Below, piece after piece: positions 8,273-13,966 of a stretch of DNA of 13,966 nt. Each line of letters starts with the position of its first letter. The first letter of the stretch is position 1. The stretch covers positions 1 to 13,966 of the forward strand of contig JAEOTX010000172.1 in assembly GCA_016839605.1 (NCBI GenBank). The letters are read 5' to 3'. The notes beneath the pieces were generated by a model. It saw nothing but the letters and a program-made list of their open reading frames with translations, was not told where the DNA came from and did not search any database. The translations under genes and the position numbers were made by a program. This DNA comes from Candidatus Thorarchaeota archaeon (GTDB taxonomy: Archaea; Asgardarchaeota; Thorarchaeia; Thorarchaeales; Thorarchaeaceae).

Positions 8273-8312
8273 GTTCCGTAATATAATCATAAGCAGGTAG
8301 CGGGGAACAGGC

Positions 8313-10229
8313 TTGTCAGAAGAAGGCTCACGAATTACACGCAGGCTGAAGAAAACAGGTGAACTTCTTCTGGGTGGGGCCAAACAACAGGTCACAAGTT
8401 ATAGGAGTCGTTTTGATAGTCTCAGTGGAATCTATGATGAATTTCTGTCGGACTACATCAATCAATATCCTGATAGGAAGACGGATCCATCTTTCGTGGA
8501 TCGATTCTTTGGTAAGCGCGAACTGAAATTTGCGGGCATTGATGGCACAATATGCAAGTATGATGTGTTCGACCTTATCATCTTCTTTGCAGGAGCCTAT
8601 TCATCTCATGGAGTGGCTCGGATTAATGATAGCGGGACAATTGAACTTGAGTATGAAGAGCAATTCCTCGAGAGGGGTATTGGCCTATCTAGCGTACTCC
8701 CTATCTACATCAATGAGGTTCCACTTATAGATCAGACAATTCTTGCACGAGGCGAAGATGGAAGTGTGGATCATACTGTAGCACACTCTGACTCTTGGAT
8801 AATTGATAATTCTGCTTTCGCAGACTATATGATGACTCTTTCAGAGTTCTATCTGGCTTATCGCTTGGTCAGCGGGGAGGATCCTGTGGACATCTTGCTC
8901 CTGGACCGAGTCTGCTCTTCCGAAATCTCTTCATCCTATGCTGAAACATCTGATTTCAGAATTGATGTTGAGAAAGAGTGTGGACTTGTTGGTCAGGATG
9001 TAAATGGCAGACCCTTCACCGCTACAGAATGGGTTCATGCGAGAAGGCTCCTAGGCAACATGGAGCTTGGAACTCCGCCCGCACGAGGCGAATATTTGCT
9101 TCCACGACTCATAGCGGAACTGATTCGTGAGAGCTCAGGTTTGACAAGAGACGAGCTTGCCACGCGACTGGGTATTGACTCGGAACCTAGGCGTGAACGG
9201 CTCGATAAGGAACTGGAATCAGCAATTCGAGGCAAGGGAGTTTCCAAAGGCATATTTGTACGCAAAGGCAAGCACTTCAGCATAAAGCCTGAATATAGAG
9301 ACCTCAGGATAAGATTGGAGACCCTTGTAGAAGAAACCTGTGAACGACTCTTTTCGGAGGATTCTTCGATCACCTATGATGAGCGGTTTAAAGTAGGAAA
9401 GCGATGGTTGACAACTAATGACTTGTCATTCCTTGCCCTAGCTTCTTTGTATCTTACAATCGAGAAATGCTGGCAGAACAAGACGCTCCTAGTAGGGGTT
9501 GCCAAAGACACATCTGCGAGGGATTTGAAGAGGCAGGTAATTCCTGTCCTGAATCATCTCGATATATCTGACAAAGGATTCACTGGTGAACAGGGAGACA
9601 CACCTGACACAGACAGGATGATTCTACAGTGGGTATCTCTTCAAGAGCGAGATAGTCTGAAGATACCATGGGCCACTATTGAATACGATACAGCATTCAA
9701 GACAGTAGTGCCTCACTTCGAAAGAAAGCCTGGGCTTGTATCAGGAGCCAGGAGGAATCAAATCTCACTAGAGAAGACTTTCGTTAAGGCTTACTTCCAA
9801 CTCTGTGAAGCTAAGTCGGACCCACGATTAAGGAGTAATGTTCTGCTCTATGATAGACTTGTGTATCCCGAGTTCGATGACAATGATGCACATTTGCTAG
9901 TGCTCAATCATGACTACGAGAGCAGACCTGAATCCCCTGAACCTGTTGAAACTGTCTTCTACTTAGGTGTGGAGAATCCGATTCAGTCCTTCACCTTATC
10001 ACTATTCAAAGCCATGACCAGTGCGAGTATCCCCGAGCTTTTCGGTCATCTGAAGCCGCTATTTATTGCAGATAAGGTGGCAAAGTATAATTTCAGTCAT
10101 TTCAAGAACATGGTCGAGAGCGCAGGAAATTGGCTCATCAATCGGCCAGAGTTGCGTGAATTTCTATTCTATCTGAGCACATTTAGAGAAAGGAGATCTG
10201 ACGTTGAACAGTCACGAAGAGGCACCTAA
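8313..10229 (+). CDS. NurA-family (RNase H-like fold) nuclease, enlarged, with an internal winged-helix-like insertion
   Basis: NurA-type motifs in the expected order: FAGIDGT (D77), ILLLDR (D198), LVGVAKD (K398), FGHLKPLFIADKVAK (D587; cf. GYPxPLxxA[H/D]xxA). Directly overlaps a HerA-like gene. TTG start is uncertain. Confidence 0.82.
   Translation: MSEEGSRITRRLKKTGELLLGGAKQQVTSYRSRFDSLSGIYDEFLSDYINQYPDRKTDPSFVDRFFGKRELKFAGIDGTICKYDVFDLIIFFAGAYSSHGVARINDSGTIELEYEEQFLERGIGLSSVLPIYINEVPLIDQTILARGEDGSVDHTVAHSDSWIIDNSAFADYMMTLSEFYLAYRLVSGEDPVDILLLDRVCSSEISSSYAETSDFRIDVEKECGLVGQDVNGRPFTATEWVHARRLLGNMELGTPPARGEYLLPRLIAELIRESSGLTRDELATRLGIDSEPRRERLDKELESAIRGKGVSKGIFVRKGKHFSIKPEYRDLRIRLETLVEETCERLFSEDSSITYDERFKVGKRWLTTNDLSFLALASLYLTIEKCWQNKTLLVGVAKDTSARDLKRQVIPVLNHLDISDKGFTGEQGDTPDTDRMILQWVSLQERDSLKIPWATIEYDTAFKTVVPHFERKPGLVSGARRNQISLEKTFVKAYFQLCEAKSDPRLRSNVLLYDRLVYPEFDDNDAHLLVLNHDYESRPESPEPVETVFYLGVENPIQSFTLSLFKAMTSASIPELFGHLKPLFIADKVAKYNFSHFKNMVESAGNWLINRPELREFLFYLSTFRERRSDVEQSRRGT
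10191..10195 (+). promoter_or_regulatory. Shine-Dalgarno site (AGGAG) for the HerA-like gene, embedded in the nuclease CDS
   Basis: AGGAG lies 8 nt upstream of the TTG at 10204. Confidence 0.6.
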
Positions 10230-12075
10230 TCACTTATTCACAGACTTCGAAGGAACATTTGATGGCAGGCTTGCAAGAGTAATTCCTGTAGCTGCAAACT
10301 ACACTTCAGAGTGGGCAGGTTCAGCAGCAAGGTACGATTGCAGAATCAAAATCAGATACAATAAGGAGTTAATGGCGCAGCTTGAAGAAGGCATGATGAT
10401 AGCTGTCCGCAACTTCAAGGGCCAGTCCAAGATTGCCAAGAAGAAAGGGGTTCAGCGCTATACTGTGATGGTAATTAGCAAAGTGTGGCCTCTGCATTAT
10501 GGATTGGGCGGCATAAGCGACAGTCACTATTATCCGATGCAAATGGAGATGATAGAACAAGCGGTTCCAGACTGGGACACTGATGACCAGGCAACCATGA
10601 TGGTTCATCTTACTGCAATTCCAATAAACTATGACCTCATTGTACCAGAGAAAGGAGAGATAGAATTCAGAAAGGGTTTCTCGTATCCTCTCATTGGAGA
10701 TAGAGTGCATGTCATCAACCTAGAAACAGTTGACCTCATCTATAATGGTAGAGTCAGAGAGGCACTTGGGCTGAAGAGAAAGGCCACATCTTCTGATCCG
10801 AAGAAAGACCCGCGGGTTGGTGTTCTCAGGATGTTCATGGACTCTGACAAAGAAGTTCCGGTACTCGTGGACCTCTATAAATTGCTTAGGTACCACTTTG
10901 GAGTGTTTTCCTTCACAGGAGGCGGGAAGAGCAATTTGCTCTCAAATCTTTTCAGGAGAATCCTATATCACACGAAGGATACGAAAATTGTCATCTTTGA
11001 TGTCAGCTGTGAGTATCCATTTCTCATGTCTGATGTGTTCTCCGATCCCAAGATCCATGCTAAGGTGATTGTGGAGGAAGAGCCAAGAAAGGCAGAGGAT
11101 TTCGCTAGGTCTATTGTAAAGCCTCGCGATTTTGAGGATGATCCCCGAGCAAATACTGCTCTCAAATCACTATATGACCTTGGCATGGTTACATTCTATA
11201 ATCTTCCTCAATCCCGGATGCCAACATATAGGTCTGTGCTCGATGACATCAACGACCTTCAAAACGATAATGCCTCTAAGCCGACCTATGTCCAAGCACT
11301 TGAACAAATTAAGGCGGCTGTGGCAGGCTGGATGGACTCTTGGGACAAGTCAGATGGTGATGCACTTGATAACAAGTTTGTTGACATGCTGCATAAGGAA
11401 GCTGTGACAGCAGTGGAAGATTTCTCTGTGTATCCGAAGTCAGGTGTGGCTGCGTGGGCTACAACCAGAGCAAAGCTCAAAGATGCCATTGCCAGAACGA
11501 GGAGTTCCAAGAAAAAGGGTGTGACAGTTAAAGACATGGTCAAAATGATGAGTGGTCCTGAACGTGTCATATGCATATCAATAGCAGATCCAGACATTCT
11601 CAGAGACATCGTAATTCGGATGACCGCTTCTGCTCTCAAATATCGGAAGAGAAGCTTTGAGATAAAGCCGCAAATACTGTTTGTCTTCGATGAGGCTCAG
11701 GAGTTTATACCATCAGGCGCTACCGGACAGGTTGCCAGGTGTAGTAGTGCGATTGAGAGATTGCTACGTCAGGGGAGAAAGTATGGACTTGGAGGGGTAA
11801 TCGCAACTCAGAGAATTGCGTATCTGAACACAAACATTATGCAACAGCTGCACACTTTCTTCGTTGGTACACTTCCTAGACCTTACGATAGAACAGTTGT
11901 TAGTAGTTCATTTCAGATTGATCTAAGTATTCTAGACAAGACGCTAGAGTTTCCCCCCGGGGCATGGCTTTTGTCAAGCTATATTGCAATGGGAATTGAT
12001 AACGTACCAGTGTTTGTTAAGGCTGACAACTCTGAAGATGCTCTGCAAGATCATATTGCCGCCATGGCGGAATGA
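10204..12075 (+). CDS. HerA/FtsK-superfamily ATPase (HerA/DUF87-like DNA translocase) with a probable N-terminal HAS barrel
   Basis: Walker A HFGVFSFTGGGKS (K242), IVIFD, Walker B FVFDEAQEF (D496/E497), arginine-finger LRQGRKYGLG (R525), sensor ATQR. Beta-rich N-terminal domain (EEGMMIAVRNF). Confidence 0.92.
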   Translation: MNSHEEAPNHLFTDFEGTFDGRLARVIPVAANYTSEWAGSAARYDCRIKIRYNKELMAQLEEGMMIAVRNFKGQSKIAKKKGVQRYTVMVISKVWPLHYGLGGISDSHYYPMQMEMIEQAVPDWDTDDQATMMVHLTAIPINYDLIVPEKGEIEFRKGFSYPLIGDRVHVINLETVDLIYNGRVREALGLKRKATSSDPKKDPRVGVLRMFMDSDKEVPVLVDLYKLLRYHFGVFSFTGGGKSNLLSNLFRRILYHTKDTKIVIFDVSCEYPFLMSDVFSDPKIHAKVIVEEEPRKAEDFARSIVKPRDFEDDPRANTALKSLYDLGMVTFYNLPQSRMPTYRSVLDDINDLQNDNASKPTYVQALEQIKAAVAGWMDSWDKSDGDALDNKFVDMLHKEAVTAVEDFSVYPKSGVAAWATTRAKLKDAIARTRSSKKKGVTVKDMVKMMSGPERVICISIADPDILRDIVIRMTASALKYRKRSFEIKPQILFVFDEAQEFIPSGATGQVARCSSAIERLLRQGRKYGLGGVIATQRIAYLNTNIMQQLHTFFVGTLPRPYDRTVVSSSFQIDLSILDKTLEFPPGAWLLSSYIAMGIDNVPVFVKADNSEDALQDHIAAMAE

Positions 12076-12153
12076 ATGCCAGCTTATGAAGGGCCGTCAT
12101 CGACACTAACTTAAGCGCGAGTCTTCAGCCAAATTCTGCAAGAGGACCGTACC

Positions 12154-13419
12154 ATGGCTGAAGGGCTTGAACATGTTGGAGAAGATGACACTACTCCAGC
12201 TAAGAGCCCTACACGCGAGATTCTTGGGCTTAGACCAGAGCTTTGGAGAGTTGCAGTCTTACTTGGTTTAGCTCAGTTTTCGGTTGGTCTTTGGAATTGG
12301 CAATTCAGTGTCCATCTAGACACATTTCTCGAACCATGGCAAATAGGCTTGACATATTCTGCTAGACCTGTGGCAATGCTCTTGGGAGGTTACCTTTCCG
12401 GGATGATGTCAGATTTCTTTGGTAGAAGGAAGACAATGGCTTTCAGTCTTGTACCAATCTCTTTTGGGCTTCTCACTCTTTCTTTCTATCCTATTTGGCC
12501 AACTATTCCCATTCAGTTCGGTCTTGTGATGTTTGGCATAAGTTCCGTCCGATTAATACAGAGAGCAATCCCTGCTGACGTTATCGAAGCAGAGCGGATT
12601 CAAGATCCTGCACGCAAGTTCATGATGATTATGGTGCCTCTTTGGTTAATGGACGGAATCAGTCCTTTAATGGGTACAATCTTGCTCAGCATTGGACTAC
12701 TCCCACAGCACCTCTACTTGATAGCAGCAATTGGAGGAGGATTTGCTTGCATAGCAGTCATTCTCGGAATCAAGGAGTCTCTTGCGAAGGAGATAATTGA
12801 GAAGGCCAAACAAGGGCCTAGAATACCAATACGAAGTCTTGGCCGGAATTTCTGGATGTTTTCAGGTGCATTGGTTTGTTACTTCTTTTTCTACAGCTCG
12901 GCAATCTCATACTTAGGAGTCCTCTGTGTAGATGAGTGGATGGTGGACATCACAACCTACGGACTATCATGGAGTCTGTTTTCATTTACAGGTGCAGTGA
13001 TCATGTATTCTGTGAGTGGTCTTGCTGACAAGAATGTAAAAGCAGCCCTCGTCGTCGCTATTCTTGGCAACGGATTATCATTCATAGGCTTTGGCCTCGG
13101 TTCTGGTGCGATCTGGCTTTATGTGATTAACATAATCTGGGCATTCCCGTTCATGCTATGGTTGGGGTCAGTACGGACTATCATAGCCTACAGTGTTCCA
13201 GAGGATCTCAAGGGGAGAGCATTCGGAACTTATGACATGCTAGCTGGTCTTACGGCTATGTTTGCGGCTTCATTTGGAGCACTTCTATGGCAAATGACCG
13301 GGAGCCTTAGATTTGTATGGGTTCTCGCTGGTAGCGGAATGATTCTTGTCACTTTCATAATCGCATTCGTGCTACGTAAAATTGAGATCAAACAGAATCA
13401 GATAGTTGTGCAACAGTAG
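12154..13419 (+). CDS. MFS transporter (copy 2, paralog of 6973-8247)
   Basis: 421 aa with about 12 hydrophobic segments. Motif A GMMSDFFGRRK, SGLADK, EDLKGRAFG. Colinear with copy 1. GAGGA RBS-like site and a CTTAAG TATA-like element (12110-12115) upstream. Confidence 0.93.
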   Translation: MAEGLEHVGEDDTTPAKSPTREILGLRPELWRVAVLLGLAQFSVGLWNWQFSVHLDTFLEPWQIGLTYSARPVAMLLGGYLSGMMSDFFGRRKTMAFSLVPISFGLLTLSFYPIWPTIPIQFGLVMFGISSVRLIQRAIPADVIEAERIQDPARKFMMIMVPLWLMDGISPLMGTILLSIGLLPQHLYLIAAIGGGFACIAVILGIKESLAKEIIEKAKQGPRIPIRSLGRNFWMFSGALVCYFFFYSSAISYLGVLCVDEWMVDITTYGLSWSLFSFTGAVIMYSVSGLADKNVKAALVVAILGNGLSFIGFGLGSGAIWLYVINIIWAFPFMLWLGSVRTIIAYSVPEDLKGRAFGTYDMLAGLTAMFAASFGALLWQMTGSLRFVWVLAGSGMILVTFIIAFVLRKIEIKQNQIVVQQ

Positions 13420-13422
13420 TTT

Positions 13423-13966
13423 TCATTCCTCTCCTGGCAGCAATAGTATCTTCTCAACATCCTTTAGTTCCGAGAGGTCGCCAAACATATGGCCAGATTT
13501 CTCAGCCTTGGTCTGAATATAATCCGCACTATATTTCGTGGGCTCAGTTATCAAGGGCACCCTCTCAACGATCTTCACACCAACATCAGTGAGCTGCTTT
13601 ATCTTTGCGGGATTATTGGTTAGAAGACGGACTGACCTTACTCGCAGGTTGTTCAGAATATTGGCAGCGATTCCATAATCACGTTCATCTGGCTTATGCC
13701 CGAGATGTATGTTCGCTTCGACCGTGTCATATCCTTGATCTTGGAGTGCATATGCGCGGATCTTCTCAGTAAGACCTATGTTCCGTCCTTCTTGACGCAG
13801 GTATAGCAGAACACCCTCACCTTCGGCCTCTATTCTCTCTAGAGATTCTATAAGCTGGTCTCTACAATCACACCTGAGACTCCCAATCGCATCACCCGTC
13901 AGACATTCAGAGTGGGCACGTGTGAGGACTCGCTCCTTGTCAACGACATTTCCCTTGATTATAGCA
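13423..13966 (-). CDS. ribA: GTP cyclohydrolase II (3' part; start lies beyond the right edge)
   Basis: Hand translation: ...VLTRAHSECLTGDAIGSLRCDCRDQL...LLYLRQEGRNIGL..KIRAYALQDQGYDTVEAN..LG...DERDYG...VRLLTNNPAK...YIQTKAEKSGHMF...GEE*. Contains the Zn-binding CX2GX7CXC motif. TGA at 13425-13423. Missed by the ORF track. Confidence 0.96.
   Translation of the reverse strand, partial: AIIKGNVVDKERVLTRAHSECLTGDAIGSLRCDCRDQLIESLERIEAEGEGVLLYLRQEGRNIGLTEKIRAYALQDQGYDTVEANIHLGHKPDERDYGIAANILNNLRVRSVRLLTNNPAKIKQLTDVGVKIVERVPLITEPTKYSADYIQTKAEKSGHMFGDLSELKDVEKILLLPGEE

Noticed and set aside
7035-11639. Small nested or antisense ORFs within the MFS, NurA-like and HerA-like genes
   Set aside because: Fully overlapped by long motif-bearing CDSs, with no independent evidence.
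8313-12075. Assigning the symbols nurA/herA as the canonical repair genes, or naming a known defence system
   Set aside because: No adjacent mre11/rad50, atypical size and motifs, and no SIR2, DUF4297 or cas partner is visible. Orthology cannot be established without a phylogeny.
8248-12153. Mobile element or composite transposon bounded by the MFS copies
   Set aside because: No transposase, integrase, terminal inverted repeats or target-site duplication seen, and the MFS copies are too diverged to be recent direct repeats.

Overview
Archaeal-looking window (GGTGA/AGGAG ribosome-binding sites, TATA-like boxes, TTG starts, archaeal-type debranching enzyme). An Asgard/Thorarchaeota-like origin is plausible but is only an inference. 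Left to right: (1) a >1189-codon minus-strand cell-surface glycoprotein that the ORF track misses because its stop lies beyond the left edge, preceded by a strongly structured leader of about 170 nt; (2) an MBL-fold hydrolase; (3) an amylo-alpha-1,6-glucosidase-like protein in which both presumed catalytic carboxylates and several substrate-binding Trp/Arg residues are replaced, a probable pseudoenzyme; (4) a plus-strand cassette of MFS transporter, enlarged NurA-family nuclease with a winged-helix-like insertion, HerA-family ATPase and a paralogous MFS transporter, with no mre11/rad50 next to it; (5) the 3' part of a bacterial-type GTP cyclohydrolase II (ribA), also missed by the ORF track. 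The best candidate for an undescribed system is the stand-alone NurA-HerA pair sandwiched between duplicated MFS genes. The dead glucosidase and the switch-like leader are the next most interesting items. All family assignments come from motif recognition by eye; no searches were run.
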